Assembly (NCBI GenBank): GCA_044223005.1
Contig: JBGAML010000010.1
Location: 100,795-164,794 of the forward strand
Source of the DNA: Candidatus Eiseniibacteriota bacterium
Lineage (GTDB): Bacteria > Eisenbacteria > RBG-16-71-46
DNA length: 64,000 nucleotides
Direction of reading: 5' to 3'
The notes under the pieces were generated by a model that saw nothing but the letters and a program-made list of their open reading frames with translations, was not told the origin of the DNA and did no database searches. The translations under genes and the position numbers were made by a program. Of the stretch, positions 56,291 to 64,000 are shown in pieces. How positions within the stretch are numbered: position 1 is the first letter of the stretch; each line of letters begins with the position of its first letter.

Positions 56291-56947
56291 ATGGCTCCCT
56301 CCGCCCTCGACACGCTCGCCGCGCTCCGCGCGCACCGGCTCGTCGCCGTGATCCGCGCCGCGACGCCCGACCAGGCGCTCGCCGCGGCCCACGCCGTGAT
56401 CCGCGGCGGCGTGCGATTCGTCGAGATCACGTTCACGGTGCCGGACGCGCCGTCGGTGATGCGCGCGCTCGCGGACGCGGACGCGATCGTCGGTGCGGGC
56501 ACGGTGCTCACGGCGGCCGAGGCCGACGCGGCGGTGGCCGCGGGCGCACACTTCCTCATCGCGCCCAACCTGTCGGCCGCGGTGGCCGCGCGGGCGCGCG
56601 AACACGGCGTGATGTACTGCCCGGGCGCCTACACCACGACCGAGATCCTCGCGGCGCTCGACGCCGGGGCGCACGTGGTGAAGCTCTATCCGGTCGGCGT
56701 CGCCGGCGGCCCGGCATACGTGAAGGTGATCCGCGATCCGCTGCCGCGCGTGCCGCTGCTCGCGGCGGGCGGCACGCACCTCGACAACGTGGCCGCGTTC
56801 CTCGAGGCGGGCTGCCTCGGCATCGGCCTCGGCGCCGCGCTCGCGGACCCGGCGCTCGCGGCGGCGGGCGACGTCGCTGAGATCGAGCGCCGCGCCCGCG
56901 CGTTCGTGGACCGCGTCGCGCCGTGGGCGGGGACGCCGGCGGCGTGA
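56291..56947 (+). CDS. eda: KDPG/KHG aldolase
   Basis: VAVIRA, GGVRFVEIT, VGAGTVL, PGAYT.TE, VKLYP, AGG. Confidence 0.92.
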   Translation: MAPSALDTLAALRAHRLVAVIRAATPDQALAAAHAVIRGGVRFVEITFTVPDAPSVMRALADADAIVGAGTVLTAAEADAAVAAGAHFLIAPNLSAAVAARAREHGVMYCPGAYTTTEILAALDAGAHVVKLYPVGVAGGPAYVKVIRDPLPRVPLLAAGGTHLDNVAAFLEAGCLGIGLGAALADPALAAAGDVAEIERRARAFVDRVAPWAGTPAA

Positions 56948-58176
56948 AGCGCGCGCTCGCCGTCGCGGCGCTGTGCGCGCTCGCGCTGTTCGCGCTGCCG
57001 GCGCGGGCCACCGTCGAGGAGTTTTCCTCGTTCGACGTGTTCGCGCCCGAGGAAGACGACGAGTACGTGATCGACCACTTTCTCGCGCGCACGCCGGTCG
57101 AGTGGCGCGCCGTGTGGGACACCGCCACCGCGGGCGCGCGCGCGGACCAGGGCTGCCTCACCTCGGCGCTGTGGTTCCAGTCCAACGAGATGCGGGGCCG
57201 CTCGAATCTCGGCCGTCGCACCTGGCTCGACGTGGACTTCCTGCAGCACACCGACGCCGGCGGATCGTGGCAATGGCTGCAGTTCGACGTGCACCGCCGC
57301 ACCGCCCGCATGGGCACATGGGGCGCGCGCGTGCGGCCCGCGTACGACAAGAGCCAGCAGGATTTCGCCCTGCTCTGGGACTGGGGCGGCGCCACGTCGC
57401 CGCTGCGCCTGCGCGCGACGTTCACGCTCGAGGACGCCTTCAACAGCTTCTGGGAGTTCAAGCAGGAGCGGGTCGGCGACCACGCCGAGCCCTACCGCCG
57501 GCACCCGGTCGAGCCCGCGATCGAGGGCCTGTGGCGCGGCCCGAAGCACCGGCTCGAGTGGTCGGCCACGTGGCTCACGCCGTCGCGCAAGCGCATCTCG
57601 GATCCCGATCCGGCGCTGAACGGCTCGTACGCGCTGTGGGGCTCGAAGGCGCACGTGCTCGCGGAGCGCACGCTCGCGCCGGCCACGGTGATCGCCGGTT
57701 TCGACGTCGCGCAGGCGAGGTCGGCGCGCGCGTGGGACCTGCTCGCCGGCGACGGCCGCCTCTATCGCCGGCAGTGGAGCGCGGAGTTCGGCGCCCGCCG
57801 CGCGCTCGGCCCGCGCCTGACGGGCGAGGCCCGCTACGTCTACGGCGTCCGCGACCAGGCGTGGGGCCCGCCGGTGACCACGGCCACGTTCCGCGCGCTG
57901 GATCGCGTGGGCGAAGCCGAAGTCCGCTGGCGGTTCACGCCGGACTGGCTGCTTCGCACGGGCGTGCTCTACGATCGCATCGGCGTCTCGGAATCCGGCG
58001 CGCTGCCGGGTTCGACGTGGGGACGCCGCAAGGAGTCTCGCGCCTTTCTCGGTCTCGAGGCGCGATTCGAACAGGTCCGCGTGCAGGTCATCGAGGGCAT
58101 CGAACTCGATGCGGAGCCCTACGACGTGGCGTTCCACCACGACAAGGGGTTCCTCCACGTGCAGACCACGTTCTGA
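56944..58176 (+). CDS. Putative outer-membrane beta-barrel protein
   Basis: Signal peptide; alternating amphipathic strands rich in W/F/Y; C-terminal FLHVQTTF (BAM-type signal); GTGA overlap with eda. Confidence 0.7.
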   Translation: MKRALAVAALCALALFALPARATVEEFSSFDVFAPEEDDEYVIDHFLARTPVEWRAVWDTATAGARADQGCLTSALWFQSNEMRGRSNLGRRTWLDVDFLQHTDAGGSWQWLQFDVHRRTARMGTWGARVRPAYDKSQQDFALLWDWGGATSPLRLRATFTLEDAFNSFWEFKQERVGDHAEPYRRHPVEPAIEGLWRGPKHRLEWSATWLTPSRKRISDPDPALNGSYALWGSKAHVLAERTLAPATVIAGFDVAQARSARAWDLLAGDGRLYRRQWSAEFGARRALGPRLTGEARYVYGVRDQAWGPPVTTATFRALDRVGEAEVRWRFTPDWLLRTGVLYDRIGVSESGALPGSTWGRRKESRAFLGLEARFEQVRVQVIEGIELDAEPYDVAFHHDKGFLHVQTTF

Positions 58177-58218
58177 TCCCGAGGCCGTTCCGAACCCCTC
58201 GACGGGAGGTCGCAATCC

Positions 58219-58617
58219 ATGAAGGGTTTCATCGATTTCCTCAAGCAGACGAACGCGCTCGCGCTGGCCGTCGGCGTCATCATCGGTGGCGCCGTGGGCA
58301 AGGTCGTGAGCTCGCTCGTGAGCGACGTGCTCATGCCGCTGATCTCGCTGGCGATGCCGGCCGGCGACTGGCGTGAGGCGAAGATCGCGCTGTCCACCAA
58401 GCCGGACGGCGCGATCGACAAGGCGATCGGCATCGGCTCGTTCTCGGGCACGGTGATCGACTTCGTGATCGTCGCGTTCGTCGTCTACATGATCACCAAG
58501 TCGCTTCTGAAGCCGGCCCCGGCTCCGCCGGCGCCGCCGACGAAGAAGTGTCCGGAGTGCACCGAGGAGATCCCCGCCGCGGCCAAGCGCTGCAAGTTCT
58601 GCGGCAGCGCGGCCTGA
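58219..58617 (+). CDS. mscL: Large-conductance mechanosensitive channel with C-terminal zinc ribbon
   Basis: F..FL...N...LAVGVIIGGA..KVVSSLV.D..MP, G.F...IDF.IVAF; CPEC...CKFC tail. Confidence 0.92.
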   Translation: MKGFIDFLKQTNALALAVGVIIGGAVGKVVSSLVSDVLMPLISLAMPAGDWREAKIALSTKPDGAIDKAIGIGSFSGTVIDFVIVAFVVYMITKSLLKPAPAPPAPPTKKCPECTEEIPAAAKRCKFCGSAA

Positions 58618-58653
58618 CCGTTCCGCGCTTCCTCCCCCCCCGTCGATTTCGCT

Positions 58654-60264
58654 TCAACGCGACGCGCCGCCCGCTTCCGCGGGTGGCGCGTCGAGCGTTT
58701 CGCGCACGCGGCGCGCGAGCGTGTCGACCGAGTAGGGCTTGGGCAGGAACGCGTGGCCATCGGAGAGCCCCGGCCCGCCGGGATCGCCCGCGTAGCCGGA
58801 GGTGAGCAGCACGCGCAGCCCGGGGCTGCGGGACGCGGCGCGTGTCGCGAGCTCGCGCCCGCTCATGCCGGGCATGACGACGTCGGCGAGCAGCAGGTGC
58901 ACGCGGCCACCGGACGCGAGCGCCGCCAGCGCTTCCTCGGCGCCCTCCGCCGCGATCACCTCGTAGCCGAGCTTCTCGAGCATCGCGCGCCCGAGCGAAC
59001 GCACGGCCGGGTCGTCCTCGACGAACAGCACGCGCTCGCTGCCGCGCGGCGGCCCGCCGCGCCCGGCCACGGGCGGCGCCGGCGGCTCGGCGACGGGCCA
59101 GTGCACTCGCACGACGGTGCCGGGGTCCGATCCGGACAGGGCCTCGATGCGGCCGCCGCCCTCACGCACCATGCGCGCGGCGATCGCGAGATCGAGCGCG
59201 GCGGTACCGGGCGAGGCCAGCGATGCGTCGGGCGCGTCGAACGCGTAGCGGCGCTCGTCGTCCGGAAGCGGCGGCCCGTCGTCGGAGACCTCCAGCGTCA
59301 CGGCGTGCGCCTCCTGGCGCAGCGCGAGCCGCAGCGTGCCGCCCTCGGGCATCACGTCGCGCGCGCGCAGCGCGAGGTTCACCACGACCTGCTCGGCGAG
59401 CCCGAAGTCGACGAGGCCCCAGCACGGCCGGCCCGGCAGGTCGGTGGCGATCGGGATGTTCTCGGGCATGAGCCGGCGGACGAGCGGCGTGAGGCGCTCG
59501 AGCATGGCGTTCAGGTCTTCGGGCTTGGGCGGCGACGGCTGCCGCCGCGCGAACGCGAGCAGGCGCCGCGTGAGGTCGGAGGCCTGCTCGGCCGCCTCGA
59601 GCGCGAGCGTGGCGTAGCCCTGCTCCTCGGTGCCCTCGGGCAGCCCGACCGCGATCAGGTCCATGTAGCCGATCATCGCGGTGAGCATGTTGTTGAAGTC
59701 GTGCGCGATCGCGCCGGCGAGCCCGCCCACGCCCTGCATGCGCTGCGCGTGCGCGAGTTCCTGCTCGAGCCGGCGCCGTCCGGCCGTCGCCCGCTCGCGC
59801 TCGAACACCCGCGCCAACACCGCGGCCACCATGCGCAGCCACTCGCGCGCCTCCGCGCCGGGCTCGCCCAGCCACGCGATCGCACCGAGCCGCTCGCCAC
59901 CGCGCCAGTCGACCGGCACCAGCCACGCCCCGCGCACGCCCGCGGAGGCGAGCGCGGCGGCGATCGACCCCGCGGGCGCGGACGCGTCGCCGGCGATCGC
60001 GAGCGGCGCCGCGGGCGTGCCCGCGGGCCACGGCAGCCCGCGCTCGGCGGCGGCGCAGCAGGCATCGGGCACGTCGCGCGCCGCGACCACGCGCGGCACG
60101 CCGCCGGGCAGCACGTGCTGGATCCAGGCCGGCGCGTCGCCGGCGCCGCGGGCGATCGCCTCGAGCGCGCACGCGCACGCCTCGCTCGCCGACGCCGCGC
60201 ACGCGAGCGTGCGCAACGCGGCGATCGCGGACGATGGCGAATCGGGCAGGCGATCGGCGTTCAC
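58654..60264 (-). CDS. Hybrid histidine kinase/response regulator with degenerate ATPase domain
   Basis: GAF-like N-terminus; LAGAIAHDFNNML H-box; REC VEDD, ADVVMP, TSGY, LPKP. Confidence 0.85.
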   Translation of the reverse strand: MNADRLPDSPSSAIAALRTLACAASASEACACALEAIARGAGDAPAWIQHVLPGGVPRVVAARDVPDACCAAAERGLPWPAGTPAAPLAIAGDASAPAGSIAAALASAGVRGAWLVPVDWRGGERLGAIAWLGEPGAEAREWLRMVAAVLARVFERERATAGRRRLEQELAHAQRMQGVGGLAGAIAHDFNNMLTAMIGYMDLIAVGLPEGTEEQGYATLALEAAEQASDLTRRLLAFARRQPSPPKPEDLNAMLERLTPLVRRLMPENIPIATDLPGRPCWGLVDFGLAEQVVVNLALRARDVMPEGGTLRLALRQEAHAVTLEVSDDGPPLPDDERRYAFDAPDASLASPGTAALDLAIAARMVREGGGRIEALSGSDPGTVVRVHWPVAEPPAPPVAGRGGPPRGSERVLFVEDDPAVRSLGRAMLEKLGYEVIAAEGAEEALAALASGGRVHLLLADVVMPGMSGRELATRAASRSPGLRVLLTSGYAGDPGGPGLSDGHAFLPKPYSVDTLARRVRETLDAPPAEAGGASR

Positions 60265-60334
60265 GCGGCCTCCGAGGAGTGTGCTCCGGAGTGTCGCGTG
60301 CGCAACGCGCGCTGTCGACGGCGAAGCGTGCCCG

Positions 60335-62743
60335 TCACGGGGCGGGCGGTCCCATCAGCGAGTCGGCCCGCGCCACGGAGTCGCGCGCGGCGGCGGCGAG
60401 GCTGTCCGCGAGCTGCCGCTCGTGGATCGCGGCCCAGTCCGCGGCGTGGTCGCGCGAGCACGGCTTGGCCGGCTGCGTCCCGGTGAGGAACGCGACGCGC
60501 AGCGGCGACGGACAGTCGCCGCGCGCGAGCCCGCCGCTCCACGGATCGATCCACACGACCGTTTCGTCGGTGCGCGCCGGGAATGCCGTCGCCGGCGCGC
60601 CTTCGAGCACGCGGTTCATGATGCGCGCCCACACGGGCAGCGCGACCTTCGCCGCGGGCCGCGACAGGCTGCGCGGTTGGTCGTAGCCCAGCCACACGCC
60701 CGCGGCCAGCTCGGGGGTGAAGCCCATGAACCAGGCGTCGTGGTAGTCGTTCGTGGTGCCGGTCTTGCCGCCGCAGGGCCGCGTGAAGCCGTAGTCGGCG
60801 CGCAGGGGATACGAGATCCCGAACGTCACCACGTCCTCGAGCATGCCGCGCGCGATCGCCGCGTCGGCCTCGGGCAGCACGTCGATCCGCTTGCGCTCCG
60901 GCAGCGGCAGCGCCACGCCCGCGCCGTCGAGCACCGCGCGCACGGGCGTGGGCTCGCGCCGCCAGCCGCCGTTGGCGAACACGGTGTACGCGTCGGTGAG
61001 CGCGAGCGGCGTCACCTCGTGCGTCCCGAGCCCGATGCTCGCCACCGCCGCGGGCCGCCCGAGCCCGAAGCGCTCGGCGTACGCCGCCACGGTGGACGCC
61101 CCGATCGCCTCGACGAGGTTCGCGGTCGCGAGGTTGAGCGACTTGGCGAGCGCTTTCGCCAGCGTCACGGTCGGGTGGTAGTCGCCTTCGTCGTTGTGCG
61201 GCTCCCACGGCCCCTCGGGCGTGTCGAACGAGCGCTTGAGGTCGGGCACCGTGCTCGCGGGCGTCATGCGCGTGCCGCCGCGGCGCCGGTCGATCGCCGC
61301 CGAGTAGACGATCGGCTTGATCGCCGATCCCGGCTGGCGCTGCGCCATCACCGCGCGATTGAAGTCGCCCGCACCCGGATCGCGGCCGCCGACGAGCGCG
61401 CGCACCTCGCCGGTCGGCGCATCGAGCAGCACGAACGCGCCCTCGAGCCGCGTGCCGTCGCGCGACCAGTCCACGGCCGCGACGCCGTCGTGCAGTTCCT
61501 CCTCGGCCTGCGCCTGCCAGACGGGGTCCATGGTCGTGAACACCGTGAGGCCCCAGCCTTCGAGCGCGTCCTTCGGCAGCTGGCGCCCGAGCGCCTGCCG
61601 CACGTAGCCGACGAACGACGGGAAGCGGTTCGGCGGCGGCAGCTGCGGATGGAGCTTCAGCGGCTGCGCCGCCGCCGCGATCACGGCCGCGCTGTCGAGC
61701 ACGCCCGACTCGAGCATGTCGTGCAGCACGACGAACCGCCGCCGTAGCGCGTTGTCGGGCCGGCGCACGGGCGAATAGAGGTTCGGCGCCGGGATCACTC
61801 CGACGAGCAGCGCGGCCTGGTCGAGCGAGAGCGAATCGACCGGCGCGCCGAAGAAGCGGCGCGACGCTTCGGCCACGCCCGCGATACCGCCCGCGGCGTC
61901 GCGGCCGAAGTAGGCGCTGTTCAGGTAGAGCTCGAGGATCTTGTCCTTGCTCAACAACCGCTCGAGCGCCACGGCCAGGAACATCTCGTTCAGCTTGCGC
62001 CCGAGCGTGCGCTTGCTGCCGAGGAAAAGCCCGCGCGCGAGCTGTTGCGTGATCGTGCTGGCGCCCTGCCGCACGCCGCCCGCGCGCACGTTGGCCGCGA
62101 CGGCGCGCGCGTTTCCGCGCAGGTCGAGCCCCATGTGCGAGCGGAAGCGCCTGTCTTCGGACGCGATCACGGCCTGCTGCAGCACGAGCGGGATGCGCGC
62201 AAGCGGCACGTACTCGCGATCGACGTGATTCGAGTCGGAGACGGTCGCGACCAGCAGGGGCTCGAGCCGCGGCGCGTGAGCGAGATCGGGCGGCGCGTGA
62301 CCGGGCAACCCGCCGAGCCGCTGGAGCGCGCCGACGCGGCCGTTGGCGATGCGCAGCCGCACGCGCTCGGGCCCCCCGTGGCCTTCGGGATCGGGCGCCG
62401 CGGTGAAGCCGCGCAGGAGTATTTCGTAGGCACCGCCACTGGCGGCGTACTGCCCGGGCCGCCGCGGCGTGCCGACGAGCTGGTAGTCGCGCGCGGCGAG
62501 TTCGTCGCGCAGTCGCGCATCGGGAAGGATGCTGCCGGCGACGAACGGCAGCCCGGCGGAATAGATGCGCGACGGGAACGACCACGAGGGCCCGGTGGCG
62601 TGACGCGCGACGAGCCGATGCACGCGCAGCGCGAGCGGGATGAAGAGCGCGAGCGCGACGGCGACGAGCGCGGCGGCGAGCAGCAGCCAGCGCCGGCGAC
62701 GGGGCCGGGGCGCGGGTGGTGCGCTGTTCGGGGGGGCGGACAT
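60335..62743 (-). CDS. Class A penicillin-binding protein (PBP1b-like, with UB2H-like segment)
   Basis: Transglycosylase EDRRF..H.G.D, GASTITQQL, RKLNE, LYLN..YFG; transpeptidase SAIK, SLN, KTGT; start 62743 or 62755. Confidence 0.93.
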   Translation of the reverse strand: MSAPPNSAPPAPRPRRRRWLLLAAALVAVALALFIPLALRVHRLVARHATGPSWSFPSRIYSAGLPFVAGSILPDARLRDELAARDYQLVGTPRRPGQYAASGGAYEILLRGFTAAPDPEGHGGPERVRLRIANGRVGALQRLGGLPGHAPPDLAHAPRLEPLLVATVSDSNHVDREYVPLARIPLVLQQAVIASEDRRFRSHMGLDLRGNARAVAANVRAGGVRQGASTITQQLARGLFLGSKRTLGRKLNEMFLAVALERLLSKDKILELYLNSAYFGRDAAGGIAGVAEASRRFFGAPVDSLSLDQAALLVGVIPAPNLYSPVRRPDNALRRRFVVLHDMLESGVLDSAAVIAAAAQPLKLHPQLPPPNRFPSFVGYVRQALGRQLPKDALEGWGLTVFTTMDPVWQAQAEEELHDGVAAVDWSRDGTRLEGAFVLLDAPTGEVRALVGGRDPGAGDFNRAVMAQRQPGSAIKPIVYSAAIDRRRGGTRMTPASTVPDLKRSFDTPEGPWEPHNDEGDYHPTVTLAKALAKSLNLATANLVEAIGASTVAAYAERFGLGRPAAVASIGLGTHEVTPLALTDAYTVFANGGWRREPTPVRAVLDGAGVALPLPERKRIDVLPEADAAIARGMLEDVVTFGISYPLRADYGFTRPCGGKTGTTNDYHDAWFMGFTPELAAGVWLGYDQPRSLSRPAAKVALPVWARIMNRVLEGAPATAFPARTDETVVWIDPWSGGLARGDCPSPLRVAFLTGTQPAKPCSRDHAADWAAIHERQLADSLAAAARDSVARADSLMGPPAP

Positions 62744-63109
62744 ACGAGGGAACATGCTAGAGCGCGACGGGGGGAGTTGGCATCTGGGACGTTCGGAGGC
62801 GCTGGGGGCGGCGGGGTTTGCGCGTGCGGTCCGGGAGCGCAACGTCGTCCTCCCCCGCCGCGGCAGGCCGGGGGGGGCGCGATCGCCGCTCTTGACAGCT
62901 TTTGGCGGTGCGCCTGCTCGTCTCCGAGACCACTTCGTGGCGTCGCGTGTGCGCGTCGTGGTTCGCGTGGCGCGGGCGATCGCGGCGGCTTGCTCTCGCG
63001 TTGTCGTGAGGGCTCGAGTTTCGAGGCGCACGGGCGTGTGCGGCGGCCGAATTCGCGTGTGATACAAAAGCACTCGCTCCCGCGACTCGCCCCCGGATGG
63101 TGACTCGCG

Positions 63110-64000
63110 ATGAACACGTTTCGAGTTTCGCATCTTGCGGACGGCGTGTTGCTGCGTGGGCTGCACGAGCTGGTCGCTCGTGACCGTGCGACGACGGCGG
63201 AGATGATCGCGCACCTGGCCGAGGCGGCCGCGCGGCGGCTCTACGCGGGCGAGGGGTGCAGCAGCATGTTCGCCTACTGCCTGCGCGTGCTGCGCATGTC
63301 CGAGGACATGGCGTCCAAGCGGCTGCGCGTGGCGGCGGCGAGCCGGGAGTTCCCGGAGTTGCTCGACGCGCTGGCCTCGGGAGCGCTGCACCTGAGCGGA
63401 GCGGTGCTGCTGGCGCCGAGGCTCTCGCGTGAGAACGCCGCCGAGCTGCTCGCGGCCGCGACGCACAAGACGCGCGAACAGATCGAGGCGCTGCTGGCGG
63501 CGCGCTTCCCGCAGGCCGCGATCGCCACGCGACTCGTGCCGCTCGTCGCGGTGACGAGCGAGTCCGGACCGGGAGCCACGCCGGCCGCGACTGCAGCCGA
63601 CGACGCCACGCTCGCGCTCCCATCGATGGCCGATGCGAGCGAGGCGGCGGAGGCTGCGCGGCGCGGCGCGAGTCCCGCCAGCGACAGTCTCATGACCACT
63701 CCTGAACCTGTACCCGCCCCGGGGCGGGTACAGGTCAAGACTCCTTCAGATCGCGTGCAGCCATTGTCGGCGTCGCACTACGCGCTGCATGTCACGCTCT
63801 CGCGCGAGACCCACGACAAGCTCCGTCGCGCGCAGGAGCTGCTCGGGCACACGGTGCCGTCGCAGGACCTCGCGCAGGTGCTCGATCGCGCGCTGGACGC
63901 CCTGATCACGAAGCTCGAAAAGCAGCGCTTCGCGAAGACCGACTCGCCTCGCAAGCGCCGCAGCCGTGCCAACGGTGACTACATTCCCGCCGACATGAAG
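63110..64000 (+). CDS. DUF222/HNH endonuclease-like protein, partial (runs off the window)
   Basis: Manual translation MNTFRVSHLADGVLLRGLHELVARDRATTAEMIAHLAE...SSMFAYC...DKLRRAQELLGH...DYIPADMK; the segments I translated stay in one frame to the window end; absent from the ORF track, consistent with no stop in the window; the HNH motif itself is not visible. Confidence 0.75.
   Translation, partial: MNTFRVSHLADGVLLRGLHELVARDRATTAEMIAHLAEAAARRLYAGEGCSSMFAYCLRVLRMSEDMASKRLRVAAASREFPELLDALASGALHLSGAVLLAPRLSRENAAELLAAATHKTREQIEALLAARFPQAAIATRLVPLVAVTSESGPGATPAATAADDATLALPSMADASEAAEAARRGASPASDSLMTTPEPVPAPGRVQVKTPSDRVQPLSASHYALHVTLSRETHDKLRRAQELLGHTVPSQDLAQVLDRALDALITKLEKQRFAKTDSPRKRRSRANGDYIPADMK
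63706..63735. repeat. Perfect 30-bp palindrome flanked by ACTCCT direct repeats
   Basis: ACCTGTACCCGCCCC|GGGGCGGGTACAGGT; ACTCCT at 63698-63703 and 63740-63745. Confidence 0.9.

Noticed and set aside
63112..63124. GAAC-ACGT-TTCG as a possible LexA box at the start of the HNH-like gene
   Set aside because: Does not fit GAAC-N4-GTTC, and the LexA motif of this lineage is unknown to me
62756..63466. N-terminal extension of the PBP ORF to 63466
   Set aside because: It is the antisense shadow of the HNH-like gene plus intergenic DNA; the PBP TM anchor begins just after 62743

Overview
Very GC-rich bacterial chromosomal window with about 49 plausible CDSs; most of the long ORFs in the six-frame track are GC shadow frames. 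The secreted-protein C-terminal tails and gene content suggest a Candidatus Eisenbacteria-like diderm, which is my inference only. The backbone is housekeeping: moxR/DUF58/BatA-VWA, mfd, two PpiC/SurA chaperones, ftsE-ftsX-envC, holB-ricT-metG-tatD-rsmA, asmA, eda, mscL and a class A PBP. It is interleaved with small accessory genes, including four signalling modules, secreted proteins, methyltransferases, VIT1 and GH31. I saw no rRNA, tRNA, CRISPR array, integrase or transposase. Best leads: (1) a ~230-nt multi-stem candidate ncRNA with mutually exclusive pairings between two convergent genes (53.2-53.45 kb); (2) a perfect 30-bp palindrome flanked by 6-bp direct repeats, in frame inside a DUF222/HNH-like gene; (3) a C-terminal TTWGGLKSIYR tail that looks like an uncharacterised protein-sorting signal, alongside FlgD/T9SS-like tails; (4) three TCAAG-N15/16-CCGA sigma28-like promoters ahead of accessory genes; (5) three apparent pseudo-enzymes (FtsE, a hybrid kinase, a debranching-enzyme homologue); (6) leaderless-type promoters, including one on rsmA.
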